A DNA stretch of 64,000 nt from Chloroflexota bacterium (GTDB lineage: Bacteria > Chloroflexota > Chloroflexia > QHBQ01), in NCBI GenBank assembly GCA_043754535.1, contig JAYUUN010000090.1, positions 1 to 64,000 of the forward strand, written 5' to 3'. Positions 1 to 10,731 of the stretch are shown here, piece after piece (position 1 is the stretch's first letter; each line of letters starts with the position of its first letter). The notes under the pieces were generated by a model. That model worked only from the letters and a program-made list of their open reading frames with translations. It searched no databases and had not been told where the DNA came from. Made by a program: the position numbers and the translations under genes.

Positions 1-15
1 GATCGGGTACTGGTT

Positions 16-483
16 TTGTTGCAGGGGCTTGACAGTGTGGACAAGCTCAAGACGTTGTTTCAGCGCGAGCTTAACTATGAGCGGGCTAATCAGCCGATCC
101 CTACCAGCGACTGGGATGATGCCGCCCACGATCCCCTCGCTGACGACCCGCTGATCTTTGCCGCGCAGGAGCCAGACGGCGACTTCCACCTGATCTACGT
201 CCGCCTGGATAGCGACCGCTTGCCTCTTACCGCCGCCAGCAAAATCGGTGGCACTTCGTCAACGTCAAGGTGCGTGGCAAGCAGCGGCCCGTCCTGCGCC
301 GCATCACCGTCGAGCCAGGCGACAGCCAGCGAACGGCCTGTGAACGCATCACCATGCTTGACCTTGCGCCCCTAACTGGTGGTCGCCTTGTCGGGTTAGC
401 AGCGGCGGCTATCCAGCAGAAGCACGACGAGGCGTTTGATGTCGAGCGGGTGACGCGCAAGTTCTTCGAGCAGTACCGCGCGG
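16..483 (+). pseudogene. N-terminal remnant of a type IIG (Eco57I-like) restriction-modification enzyme
   Basis: Two frames joined near 230 (..LKTLFQRELNY..FHLIYVRL / RWHFVNVK..LRRITV..RTACERI..HDEAFDVERVTRKFFEQY). AFDVExVTxxFFxxY is typical of this family; no MTase motifs follow. Confidence 0.65.
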
Positions 484-756
484 TAGTAGCACAAAGCTGT
501 GTGGCGCAAGTGGGTCAAGGGAAGGGGCTGCTGGTTGGTTCTGGGGCAAGGTTTGCTAGGTCATGGCTCACCACTCCTAAAGATTGAGCTACTATCATTG
601 TAGCACAGGGGAACCTTACCAGCACCCTACCAAACCTTGACTGCCAGCCGACTACTGACTAGCTCACGCCCGAAGCTGGGCTGGAGCGGTGACTGCTCTA
701 GCAACTTGTCTAATCGGGTAGCCAAAAGTACCAGGTTGCTGACGAACTCCCCATGC

Positions 757-797
757 TAAAAAGCTCCAACAGCCAAACCCAAGCTGTTGGAGCTTCT
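757..797. terminator. Intrinsic terminator-like hairpin
   Basis: Perfect 13-bp stem aagctccaacagc (761-773) / gctgttggagctt (783-795); the A-run on the left gives a U-tail on the minus strand. Confidence 0.65.
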
Positions 798-830
798 TGC
801 TAGCTGATCTTGAGGGCAGCGCACGCCAGA

Positions 831-1000
831 CTATGCTGACCTACCACTGCTGCCTCCTCGTCGCTCAACCAGTCTGGATACTAAGCACTGTGCCACGGTC
901 ACACTTGCGACTGCCTGCGCCTGCAATGCTGCCTCTGCTCTGGGTGCTAGGGTGAGCGGGAGGGGCGGCAGCTTTCGTCTTGCTGATCCTTGTGGGCAGG
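831..1000 (-). CDS. Possible small ribbon-helix-helix (CopG-like) protein or remnant
   Basis: RKLPPLPLTLAPRAEAALQAQA..TVAQCLVSRLVE has an RHH-like pattern and points into the terminator; start not clear. Confidence 0.25.
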
Positions 1001-1206
1001 GAAGCCACTGCGCGTACAGGCTTAAGGATGAGGCGTGTCCTGGGTGCAAAGGAAGCCCAGGGGCAGGCGGCATGGTAGAGTGGTGTCGAGACCATACCGC
1101 TTGCTCTCTGACTAGCACGCTCATTATAGCCCATCCGTGCCGAGTTCACCAGCGGGGTTTGCGCTCCAGTAGTATGATGGTAGCACATTACCAGGGGGTG
1201 AACAGA

Positions 1207-1752
1207 GTGGTGAGTGACAAAGAGCGGCTGATCAGCCGTGAAGTGCTAGCCTGGACGCTAGCGGGGTTGCGGCAGGCCAGTACGCCGCGCCTGGTGCAAA
1301 CAGTGGTCGAAGCATACTACCGGCGGCAGAGCGTGCGCGCCTTTTACCGGGTAACAAGAGTACAGCAGCAGGGGACGGAGCTAGGCCGCTTGCTCTATCC
1401 TCAGCTAACCAGTTCCCAACGCTGGTGGCGGCTGGGTCAAGCCACCGCCAACGGCTTCTACGCCAGCCGCGAAGGGCTACGCTGGCAGAGTAGCAGCCAC
1501 CTGGAGAGCCAGGAGCAGAGCTTCGCAACCCTGGCCCGCTACGAGCGGCTGGTGCCTGGTTGTACAGCAAGAGTCAAGCTGCTGGAGCCAGGCCACTGCC
1601 TGCTACTGGTGGCGGGCTGGCCCTTGCCAGCAGAGTTGTTGGCTGGGGCCATAACTGCGTTGCTGGAAAAGCTGGATATGCGCCAGCTGGTGGTCAGTAC
1701 TTCGTGGGGAAGCGCGGAGCAGTACGCCTTCGACTGCACCTGGCAGCGGTAG
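1207..1752 (+). CDS. Hypothetical protein, DUF2378/4VR-like fold
   Basis: GTG start after a G-rich RBS; RLGxxxxxGF..LxGxIxAxL pattern recalls DUF2378-like proteins. Confidence 0.45.
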   Translation: MVSDKERLISREVLAWTLAGLRQASTPRLVQTVVEAYYRRQSVRAFYRVTRVQQQGTELGRLLYPQLTSSQRWWRLGQATANGFYASREGLRWQSSSHLESQEQSFATLARYERLVPGCTARVKLLEPGHCLLLVAGWPLPAELLAGAITALLEKLDMRQLVVSTSWGSAEQYAFDCTWQR

Positions 1753-1828
1753 CGAGGTAGGGTTGCTGTGCAAACCGTTCGAACTGGACGAGTTGGAAGG
1801 AGCAGTCGACCGCCACACTAGCTTAGCT

Positions 1829-1948
1829 GACACAGCACGGGGGAGCATCACTCTGGCGGGACTGTCTACACCTCGCAGCCCTATGCCTCACCCACGCCAC
1901 CCTTGACGACACAGCACGGGGGAGCATCACTCTGGCGGGACTGTCTAC
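1829..1948. repeat. Two identical 41-bp direct repeats with a 38-bp spacer
   Basis: gacacagcacgggggagcatcactctggcgggactgtctac at 1829-1869 and 1908-1948. Confidence 0.95.
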
Positions 1949-2113
1949 TATGCTCTAGCACCTTACCAGCACCTTACCATTCTTCTCTCTCCCGCCCAGC
2001 CATGACCTTCTTCCCCCCATAGTAGTACCTTTGGCTAATGAACTATCGTTGGCAGTAGGTGTATGATATATGTAAGCGCAAGGCAAGGGGCTGATTGACG
2101 TGAAGGAGTATTG

Positions 2114-2704
2114 TTGTTGAGCAGTTGGCAGACAAGTAGCAACCCAGGGCGCAGGATGCAGCCGAAGGTGACCGCTGTGTTGGGACAGAACGGGCAGGCA
2201 GGCGCAGCCGAGGGGGAGGCTGGCTCTAGCTACCCTGCTTTCGAGCGTTCGGAGCAAAAGCAGTGAGCCACTGAGCTAGCCCAAGAGCGCGACACCCTGC
2301 TGGAGGGGGCGCGGCTGCTGGTCACTCGCTGCCAGGAGGCAGTGCCGCCTGCTGAACGCGAGTTGGCTGGGATGTTGCACCAACTGCGCTTGGCTCGGCT
2401 GGGCAGCAGCAGCGAACACGAAGCGGTCTTCACCGCCTACCAACAACTCTACCCCCAGAGCTGGCTACGCTACCTGGTGGAGGATGCACTGGCGGAGTGG
2501 CTGGTGGAGCGGGGTGAGTTTACCGCCTTCACCGCCCGCAGTCTGCTTGCCGAGTTGCGGCGGCAATGGCCGCAGGCGCGGGTACTGGCAGGGCGGCAGT
2601 ACGAGCAGCGAGTGGCAGCGGTGCTGCACGAGCTTGCCGTAGCAGGCAAGGTGCGGCAAGTCAGGGCTGGTGACAACTTTGCTGCGATGTACACAACTGG
2701 CTGA
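2114..2704 (+). pseudogene. Hypothetical protein with a probable C-terminal winged helix, interrupted by in-frame TGA at 2264
   Basis: RBS aaggag at 2103-2108; the frame is open from 2111 to 2704 except TGA 2264-2266; C-terminus (FTARSLLAEL..VAAVLHELAVAGKVRQV) is wHTH-like. Confidence 0.45.
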
Positions 2705-2707
2705 CCA

Positions 2708-2819
2708 GATGTGGAAGGGGCTTGGCTAAGGCTGTAGTTACTACCCAGCAATGCCTTGCCAAAGTGGAAGCGGTCGCGGGGATGTGGAAGGGGCTAGGCT
2801 AAGGCTGTAGTTACTACCC
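2708..2819. repeat. Two 39-bp direct repeats (1 mismatch) with a 34-bp spacer
   Basis: gatgtggaaggggct(t/a)ggctaaggctgtagttactaccc at 2708-2746 and 2781-2819. Confidence 0.95.
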
Positions 2820-2910
2820 CACGGCGAGCAGGCAGCGGTACCCGCCCGCCCCCGCTCCAGCCTGTGCTAGTGGTCGTGGTAGTCCCACCCTGAAGGAGCT
2901 TAGTCAGTTG

Positions 2911-4220
2911 ATGCTTTGTTACGCCTGTCAGACAGACAACCTTGCTACTGCCAACCACTGCCAGAGCTGTGCTACCTAGCTGCGGCCTGCCAGAGCAGCT
3001 TTCCACCTCGACCTAGCCGAGCAGGCCATCCTCAATGGTCGCTACCAGCAAGCCGAGGCGGCTCTGCGGGCTGCCGACCTGGAGATGCTTGCCCTCAGCC
3101 TGGCCCAGCGGCACGAACACAGCCTCACCGCCCGCGCTTTCTGGTTGCAGGGCAGCCTCTACAACGCTCGTGGCTTCTGCGCGGAGGCCAAAGCCGAGTT
3201 GCTCCTGGCTCAGGCTGAACTTGCGGATAAGCCAGCTAGCTTGCTCCGCGCAGAGATACTTAACCGCCTGGGGGTAGTCTGTAGCTACCAGGGGCAGATG
3301 ACCGAGGCCGAAGCCTACTACCAAGAGAGTGCAGCCAACGCGTTGGCCGCTACTGCACCCGCGGTGGCGACCCGCGCCCTGATCAACCTGGGTACCGTGC
3401 TTGCCAGCGATGGCCGGGCAGATGCCGCCGCCAGTTACTATGCCCAAGCACTGGCGCAGGCTCGGCTCAGCACCGATCAGGGCAGCCAAGCCCGCGTCTG
3501 CCGCGCCTTGGCTGGACTTTATGCCAGCTATGGCCCCTACAACCTGGCCGTAGACTACGCCCGCCAAGCACTGGCTCTACGGGAAGAGGTTGAGGAGCTA
3601 CAATCCTATGTGATCTTGGTCTGTGCCGCCAGCAGGGTACTCGTCGTTTGGGGTGAGCTGAGCGAAGCGGAGGGCTATCTGAACGAGGCTTACAAGCGGG
3701 CGCAACAGAGTGGCAACCAGCGGCTTGAAGAACAGGTGCTGGTCGAACTCGCCTCCTTGATGGAGAAGGCGGGGCAGCACGATGCCTGGCAGCGTTACGT
3801 CGAGCAACTGATCCTGGTCGATAAATCGGGTTCAGCTTCAGGGGTGGCGGTGAAGACGAGCCTGCTGAGTTACGCCCTAGCGGAGCAGGATTGGGGGCAA
3901 GCCCGTCGTCTGGTAGCTGAGTTGAAGACGCTGGCAGCGGCCAATCCATCGACGCGGGAGGCAGCAACGCAGGCCAAGGCGAGATTGCACAATGCGCTAG
4001 GTGAGTGGTAGGAGGCCGCCATCCAGTACCAGAAGCTACTAGCCATAGAGAGGCGCAGCCCACATGGACGGGCTGAAACGTTGGCGGAATACGGCAAGCT
4101 GTTGCTGCGGGTTGCCAGCCAAGATGCAGACCCTGCTGCCGAAGCGGAGGGACAAGCGCGGCTCTCTGAGGCAGCGGCTGCCTTCCACCACCTGGGTCTG
4201 CCGGGCTGCTAGCCCGGGTG
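2911..4220 (+). pseudogene. Zn-ribbon + TPR protein, broken paralogue of 9376..10731
   Basis: ATG 2911 after aaggag; CxxC..CxxC then TPRs collinear with the paralogue (LTARAFWLQG vs LTARAYWLQG); in-frame TAG at 2977 and 4009; homology continues to ~4200. Confidence 0.85.
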
Positions 4221-4249
4221 ATGCGATTGCAAGTACTGCCTCGCCTCTG

Positions 4250-4452
4250 CGGGAACTAGTCTCGGCCAGCCGCTCTCACAACACGAGGTTGTGCCACTCG
4301 GTGCTGGTTTGGGCATTGCCCTGCTCATCCTTGCCTGTGTAGTTGTCCGTCGCCAGACTGAGTTGAGCGATGGCCTTGCCGCTATGGGTGTACTTCATCT
4401 GCGCCTCACCACCAGCGCGACCAATCAGTTGAACCTTGTTGAGCGTCTTCAT
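4250..4452 (-). pseudogene. ssb: Single-stranded DNA-binding protein remnant
   Basis: MKTLNKVQLIGR..SLATD..TEWHNLVL*ERLAE; TGA at 4276 sits at the conserved Trp position; 3' half lost. Confidence 0.85.
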
Positions 4453-4589
4453 CTTGCTTGCTCCTTCATGTGAGTGTTGATATGTTCTTACAGCGGGTTC
4501 GTTCACGCTACTTGTGGCTGGTTGTGCTATGCGGCCTCCGCAGCCATGCGCCCCGACCTGCGGCTGCGGGTCGGCGTGATCACCGTAGA

Positions 4590-4890
4590 CGTACTGCCGA
4601 GGCAATGGTAACGGGTGGTAGAGAGCGGCAAGGGGCTACCTGGTAACGATGCTTGGCTGCTGGTGCGGCACAGCATCAGCGCAGCAGCCAAGCTGGCCTT
4701 CTACGTGTCTAATGCGGGAGCGCAAGTGTCACTGCGGAAGTTGGCGCAGGTAGCAGGTACGCGGCTTCTCGATGGAACAATGCTTTGCTGAAGCAAAGGG
4801 AGAGATGGGGCTAGACCAGTATGAGGTACGGCACTACGGCAGTTGGTACCGGCACATCAGGTTGGCAATGATGGCTCACGCATGGCTAAC
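4590..4890 (+). mobile_element. IS701-family transposase C-terminal remnant (frameshifted)
   Basis: [21 protein letters not shown] / [38 protein letters not shown]. Confidence 0.85.
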
Positions 4891-5020
4891 GGCAATGCGG
4901 GGCCTGGTGGCAGGTCCGCCCCATCACCTCGCGCTCAAGTTCGCCCAATAGCCTGCGCAGGTTGCCGCTCGCCCCCAACTTGTCAGCTGAGTTCACACCC
5001 TCATCACGTTCTGTAAGCTA

Positions 5021-5782
5021 TTATAGGCTAAGCCACACAGCGATGCGCCGCCGTAGGGCGAGGCCAGTCGCCAGCGCAAGCAAGGCCAGCGGCAAAGCAA
5101 AGGGCAGGATGATTTCTGCATTGCCAGTCTGCGGCAAGGTCGTGGTAGGGCTAGCCGGAGCGGTGTTGGTGGTGCCGGCACTGCTGATCAATGGTTGGCC
5201 TTGCGTCTTCACCCTGTACCATTGGTTGAGCCAGCCAGTCATCTGGTCAACCTCGCGGCTCTGGCTGCTGATGATGTTCTGCCCCAGCGTCTTGAGTTCA
5301 GCACCGGTGGCCCGATCAGGGATCAGGTTCGCCATCTCTACTGCATCCTGGTGGTGCGGGATCATGTCGAGCAGGAACAGCTTGTCGAACTCGCCGCCTT
5401 TGAGCGTGTTGAGCCGCTCAGTCTTAGTCTGCATATCACTCATCATTATGCTGGCTGGCTGCTCATTGTACCAGTCACGCAGCCAGCCAGTCATCTCACT
5501 GATCTCGCGCTGCGGGTTGGCAACGATGCTGGCAGCCAAATCTTTGACTTCCTGTCGTTTGGCGTTGGCCGGTGCAAGGCTTGCCATGTCAATGGCTGAC
5601 TGGTGGTGGCCGACCATGTCCTTCATAAACTATACGTCGAAATCGCGCCCCTTCAAGCTGCGCAAATGGTTGAGTTGCTCGCTCATCGTCATTGGCATTG
5701 TCTGAGCCGGAGCCGGGCCGGGGCCGACAAGCACCGTCAGCAACAGGGTTGCCAATAGCAGAGCCACGATTGACTTCTTCAT
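5021..5782 (-). pseudogene. DUF305 (CopM-like) secreted protein with LPQTG tail; in-frame TAG at 5630-5632
   Basis: Close paralogue of 19328..20080; FDV*FMKDM vs FDVQFMKDM; signal peptide from ATG 5782. Confidence 0.9.
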
Positions 5783-5914
5783 TACACGTTTCCCTTTTGG
5801 TTTGTGGGTTAAGCTGCTAATCTACGATGGGGGCTTAGCAGGTGGCGCGCCAGGATTTGCTGGGTTGTTGTTCTGCTAGAGCAAGGCTGCTAGATTGGCG
5901 CACCTCACACATCC

Positions 5915-5944
5915 TACTATACCGACTTCGTATATTGCTGTCAA
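5915..5944 (-). promoter_or_regulatory. Sigma70-type promoter overlapped by an 18-bp operator-like site
   Basis: TTGACA (5944-5939), 17 bp, TATAGT (5921-5916); site TACTATACCGACTTCGTA at 5915-5932. Confidence 0.75.
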
Positions 5945-6125
5945 GTAGCAGCGGGTAGTGGTAGTTAGCTTTTAAGCAAACGCTAAGATTGATGGTCAGG
6001 GGAGTAGATGATAGGCGCAGATTAACGCGCGTTGTTGAATAAGGCTTTGCAGTACAGCGCGTACTAGCGTTCGTGTTGCAGTGTAGCCAAAGCCGTTGGG
6101 GGCTACGTCGTCGGAGGTAGTATGG

Positions 6126-7655
6126 TCATTCTTGCGCCAACCTAAACTCGGCTGCCAGTGCAGGGTAGAGCCTGCGCCAACGCTGGTAAACCGTGGTGTA
6201 GTCTGCAACGGCTAGTGGCTCAGGCATAGTAGGTTCGATGGCTGGTGGCGCGGGTACGCTAGCGTAACCAAATGCACCGACCCCGATCCCGGCCAGCAAC
6301 GCAGCCCCATGTGCCGCCCCCCGCTCGTCGCAGCGGCGGAGCGGTAGTCCAAATACGTCACGCAGAATCGCCGCCCACAGGCCGCTGCGCGCGCCACCGC
6401 CAGTTAGCCGTACCTCGCTCAATGAGAGGCCGCACTCGCGCAGCACCTCAAGGCCGTCGCGTAGCGCAAAGGCAACCCCCTCCAGCACCGCTCGTGTCAG
6501 ATGGCGGCGATCATGGTCGAGCCGCAGGCCGTAGAACACGCCCCGTGCTGCTGCTGTCATGTGTGGGGTACGTTCACCCAGCAGGTAAGGAAGTAGCAAC
6601 ACGCCCGCTGCCCCCGGCGCGACAGTTGCCGCTGCCTCAGTCAGTGCGTCAAAGTCGGGTGGCTGGCCGCCAGGTGCGGTCAGCAGGTCGCGCCACCAGT
6701 GCAGAGTCGCCCCTCCAGCCAGAACCGCACCCATCATGTGCCAGCGACTCGGCACCACATGGCAGAGGCTATGCACGCGGCCAAGTTGATCAACTACCGG
6801 CTGGTCGCTGACTGCAAATATCTGCGCCGAGGTGCCGATAGAGACCAGAGCCGCCTCGTCGCTATCAGCCAGCCCCAAGCCGAAGGCTGAACATGCAGCA
6901 TCACCGCCGCCAGCCACTACTGGCAGGCCAGCGAGCAGTCCGGTAGCCACCGCAGCCGCAGCGGTGATGCGCCCACAGACCATTGCTGACTCGTAGACTG
7001 GTGGCAGCAAAGCCGGGTCGAGGTCAAGCGCGTGCAGTAGGTCGGCAGACCAATCGCGCTGATGAAGGTCGAACAGCAGCGTGGCCGAGGCATCGCTCAC
7101 ATCAGTCGCATACTCACCAGTCAACCGCCAGCGCAGGTAATCCTTTGCTAGTAGCACCCGACGAGTGCTGGCGAACAAGTCAGGCCGCTGCTCACGCAGC
7201 CACATAATTTTAGTTGCAGTGAAGCTGGTGTTAGCCGGATTGCCACCAATCCGCAAGAGGTCTGCGGGCGGGATGATGCGCTCAAGGGCAGCTACCTGCG
7301 GGGCAGTGCGGCTATCTGCCCAAATTAGGGCTGGGCCGAGTGGTTCACCTGCATCATCCACAAAAGTCGCGCCGTGCATCTGCCCACTCAGGCCGACTGC
7401 TACGATCCGCCGGGGGTTGAGGCTGGCCCACATCTCGCGGCAAGCGGCTACCAATGCGGCCCACCACTCCTCTGGCTGCTGCTCAGCCCATCCCGGCTGT
7501 GGCTTGGTAGTTGCGATAGGCGCAACTTTGCTAGCAACCGGCCTGCCTGCCAGGTCAACTGCCAGGAGCTTTAGCTGCGAGGTGCCAAGATCAACACCAA
7601 GCAGCAGCGGAGTAGTCTCATCGCCAACCCTACTGTCAGTTGCTGGCTGGCTCAC
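6126..7655 (-). CDS. xylB: Xylulokinase (FGGY carbohydrate kinase)
   Basis: GVDLGTS, GLSGQMHG, DVSDAS, GGGD, PYLLGERTP, TGGGARS motifs. Confidence 0.9.
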   Translation of the reverse strand: MSQPATDSRVGDETTPLLLGVDLGTSQLKLLAVDLAGRPVASKVAPIATTKPQPGWAEQQPEEWWAALVAACREMWASLNPRRIVAVGLSGQMHGATFVDDAGEPLGPALIWADSRTAPQVAALERIIPPADLLRIGGNPANTSFTATKIMWLREQRPDLFASTRRVLLAKDYLRWRLTGEYATDVSDASATLLFDLHQRDWSADLLHALDLDPALLPPVYESAMVCGRITAAAAVATGLLAGLPVVAGGGDAACSAFGLGLADSDEAALVSIGTSAQIFAVSDQPVVDQLGRVHSLCHVVPSRWHMMGAVLAGGATLHWWRDLLTAPGGQPPDFDALTEAAATVAPGAAGVLLLPYLLGERTPHMTAAARGVFYGLRLDHDRRHLTRAVLEGVAFALRDGLEVLRECGLSLSEVRLTGGGARSGLWAAILRDVFGLPLRRCDERGAAHGAALLAGIGVGAFGYASVPAPPAIEPTMPEPLAVADYTTVYQRWRRLYPALAAEFRLAQE

Positions 7656-8347
7656 TTGCCGATTGCTTCGCCTGCCATTGCACCGGTCATGATTGCCACT
7701 GTATCAGACATACTGAACTCGTGTGGGTTGATCACGGCAACGCGGCGACCCAACCGCTGAATATGTACCCGGTCGGCGACCTCAAACACGTGTGGCATAT
7801 TGTGGCTGATCAGGATGACTGACAGGCCACGATCCCGCACCCGGCGGATCAGGTCGAGTACCATGTGCGACTCCTTGACCCCCAACGCCGCCGTTGGCTC
7901 GTCCATAATCACGACGTGGCGGGCAAAAGCTGCACTACGGGCGACAGCTACGCCCTGCCGCTGGCCGCCAGAGAGAGTCTCTACCGCCTGGCTCATCGAG
8001 CGAATGCCGATCTTCAGGTCTTGCATATAGCTGACGGCCAGCTTCAACATCTGCGGCTTGTCGAGGACGCGGAACACCGAGCCGAGGAGGCCGGGGCGGC
8101 GCAACTCGCGGCCCAGAAAGAGGTTTTCGGCGACATCAAGGGCAGGTGCGACCGCCAAATCTTGGTAGACCGTCTCAATGCCATGCCGCCGCGCATCAAG
8201 CGGGTTGCGGAACTGCACCAACTTGCCGTCTAGCCTGATCTCGCCAGTATCAGGGATGATCGCCCCCGACAAAGCCTTGATCAGCGTGGATTTACCCGCG
8301 CCGTTGTCGCCAATCACAGCAAGGATTTCGCCAGCTAGCAGTTCGAA
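7652..8347 (-). pseudogene. Sugar ABC transporter ATP-binding protein (FrcA-like), 5'-truncated
   Basis: GDNGAGKS, LSGGQRQ, MDEPT, ISH present; homology begins at FELLAGEI with an in-frame stop just upstream and no start; no permease or binding-protein gene nearby. Confidence 0.75.
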
Positions 8348-8354
8348 GCCGTTC

Positions 8355-8786
8355 TCAATCTGGGGCTACTTCTGTTACCGCTTGTTTCACGAGCGCGGCA
8401 ATCCTTGCCTCCTCCACGGCGGTCAACTCCTTGAGTGCGAAGGCGACCGGCCACACGCTGCCTTCGTCAAGGTTCGCTGTGTCGTTGAAGCCCAAAGTCG
8501 CGTACCTCGTGTTGAACTTCTGCGCGCTTTGGAAGAAGCAGACGATCTTGCCGTCTCTGGTGTAAGCGGGCATTCCGTACCAGAGTTTGGGCGCAAGAGT
8601 TGGCGCACTGCCCTTGATGATAGCATGGAGCCGCTCGGCCAAGATGCGATCCGCCTCATGCATCTCGGCGATCTTGGCGAGGACGGCACTTTCTTCGTCG
8701 GTCTTACGCACTTCCGACTTCAATTCTTTGGCGCGTTCCTTCATCGCGGCTCGTTCATCGTCGGTGAAACCCTTCTTTGTACTCAC
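8355..8786 (-). CDS. DUF1801 (YdhG-like) protein
   Basis: [41 protein letters not shown] gaggagg. Confidence 0.85.
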   Translation of the reverse strand: MSTKKGFTDDERAAMKERAKELKSEVRKTDEESAVLAKIAEMHEADRILAERLHAIIKGSAPTLAPKLWYGMPAYTRDGKIVCFFQSAQKFNTRYATLGFNDTANLDEGSVWPVAFALKELTAVEEARIAALVKQAVTEVAPD

Positions 8787-9375
8787 AGAAACCTCCTCAT
8801 ACGAACTTGGAAGATCGTCATGTAGCTAGCTTAGAACTGTCGAGACCAAAGGTATTATATCAAAGTCGTGAAGTAAAATCGAATCGGCAATTGAAGTTGA
8901 GCGCAGGCGCAGAGAGCGACTGCTCACTACTTATCTCCCCAGGCAGCCATCGCTTGCGGGGGATGACGCATCTGTGGCTGAAGTGGTGGCAAGGTATGTG
9001 GCGCGGCGTAATCAGGAGCAAGCGATGCTAAGCTGGGCCTTCACAACCACCGACGCAAGAACTAAGTTGCAGAGGCGATACCCTACAGTACTTTAGTGGT
9101 CTGGTACTAGCTGCACCAAGCAGGACTGCCAACTACTGGCTACGGATACGTTGTAGTCCTAACCCAAGTGTGTTCAAGGCCTCGTTGCGTAACCACCGAA
9201 GGTAGTGTAAACTGTTTTGTAGGGCGGCAAGGCTGCGTGGCAAGAGATACCAGGTATACGGCCCGATCAGCTTCATAGATCAGGGCCGCCAGCATACTTT
9301 TGCATCTAGGTTTGCCGCACCGTTAAGCACGAGGTGCAACCCTGACCGCAATGCCTACAAAGGGAAGTAACTAGG

Positions 9376-10731
9376 ATGTTGGTTTGTCCACAATGCCAGC
9401 ACACTAACGACTTGGGTATGACTGCCTGCGCCAATTGCGCTGCTTCACTGCGGGCAGCCTCGGCTGGCTGGCAGCTTGACCAGGCTGAGGCTGCCACTGA
9501 CCAGGGTCACTATGCTCTCGCCCGCAAGCACCTGCTAACCGCCGACCGCGAAATGGTGTCGCTGGGGGTGGCCGAGCGCGAGGAGGCTCTGCTGACTGCT
9601 CGTGCCTACTGGTTGCAAGGTTTGATCAACTATCGCCAGGGTCAGCTAGTAGCCGCCCAGGCCGACCTGCTGCTCAGCAGAGCCAGTATCATGAGGCAGG
9701 GGCAGGGCATGGAAATGCTGGTCAGGCTGCTCAATCTGCTCGGCAACATCGCTGCCTACCAGAACAAGTACAGGGAGGCGTGTGACTACTACGAAGCCAG
9801 CATCCTGGTTGGTGAACAAGCGAGCGTAAAGGGCTATACCGCTACGGCCCTGAACAACCTCGGCAGTATGTATGACGAACTTGGTGAAGTTGCGGCGGCA
9901 ACCACCACCTACACCAAAGCCCTGCGGCAGGCTGAGTCGAGTGGTGAACCAACCCCCTTGCTGCAAGCCTATCGTTCGCTAGCTCTGCTCTACGCCAATC
10001 ATGGGCCGTTCGAGTTTGCGCTAGATTACGCCCGCCAGGGTATTGCAATCAGCAGCCAGGTGAACAAGCCAGTTAGCCGTAGCCATATGCTGGCCGACCT
10101 TAGCTCGGTCTACCTGGAGGCGGGCCAACTGGATGTGGCTGAGGTTCAACTGCAAGCAGCCTACGAGCTAATCCGCAACAGCAACAGTCGAACCGTGACT
10201 GACCTGATCACCCAGCACTTGGTGAACCTGGCCGCCGAGCATGAAACGGTACCAGCCTGGTTGCAGCAGGCGATCAAGGAGGTACGGATCGCTGGGACGG
10301 AGGCGGTAGCGGCAAACGAGTTGTACCTGCCGCTGGCCCGCTACTATCTTAGTCATGGCGACATCCGCCAGATGCGCGCGCATCTGCACTGGCTGCACGT
10401 CCATGTGGCCGCCGACAAGAGTGCTGGCACCACCGCCGCCAACCAGCGAGCACAGGCTCTACTGCTAGCTGCCGAAGGCAAATGGGCTGCGGCCAGTAGT
10501 GCGCTGGAGCAGGTGGTCGAGCGCAAGGTGTTCAGCCCTTACGAACAAGCTAATGCCCTAACCGAGTACAGCTTCATGCTGCAAACTCGCGCCGAGCAGG
10601 AGTACAAACCCAGCCTGCAAGCTGAAGCGAAGGCACGACGACTTGAGGCTGCGGCTATGTTCCTGCAGGTCGGTCTAGCGCAGCGAGAGGCTCAGGTAGT
10701 GAGCTGGCTGCGCCGTGTTTATAGAAGATAG
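9376..10731 (+). CDS. Zn-ribbon + tetratricopeptide repeat protein
   Basis: N-terminal CPQC..CANC; multiple TPRs (LNLLGNIA, ALNNLGSMY). Confidence 0.85.
   Translation: MLVCPQCQHTNDLGMTACANCAASLRAASAGWQLDQAEAATDQGHYALARKHLLTADREMVSLGVAEREEALLTARAYWLQGLINYRQGQLVAAQADLLLSRASIMRQGQGMEMLVRLLNLLGNIAAYQNKYREACDYYEASILVGEQASVKGYTATALNNLGSMYDELGEVAAATTTYTKALRQAESSGEPTPLLQAYRSLALLYANHGPFEFALDYARQGIAISSQVNKPVSRSHMLADLSSVYLEAGQLDVAEVQLQAAYELIRNSNSRTVTDLITQHLVNLAAEHETVPAWLQQAIKEVRIAGTEAVAANELYLPLARYYLSHGDIRQMRAHLHWLHVHVAADKSAGTTAANQRAQALLLAAEGKWAAASSALEQVVERKVFSPYEQANALTEYSFMLQTRAEQEYKPSLQAEAKARRLEAAAMFLQVGLAQREAQVVSWLRRVYRR

Noticed and set aside
1829..2819. Calling the two repeat pairs bona fide CRISPR arrays
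   Set aside because: Only two copies each, unrelated to one another, no leader or canonical ends; kept as repeats and findings.
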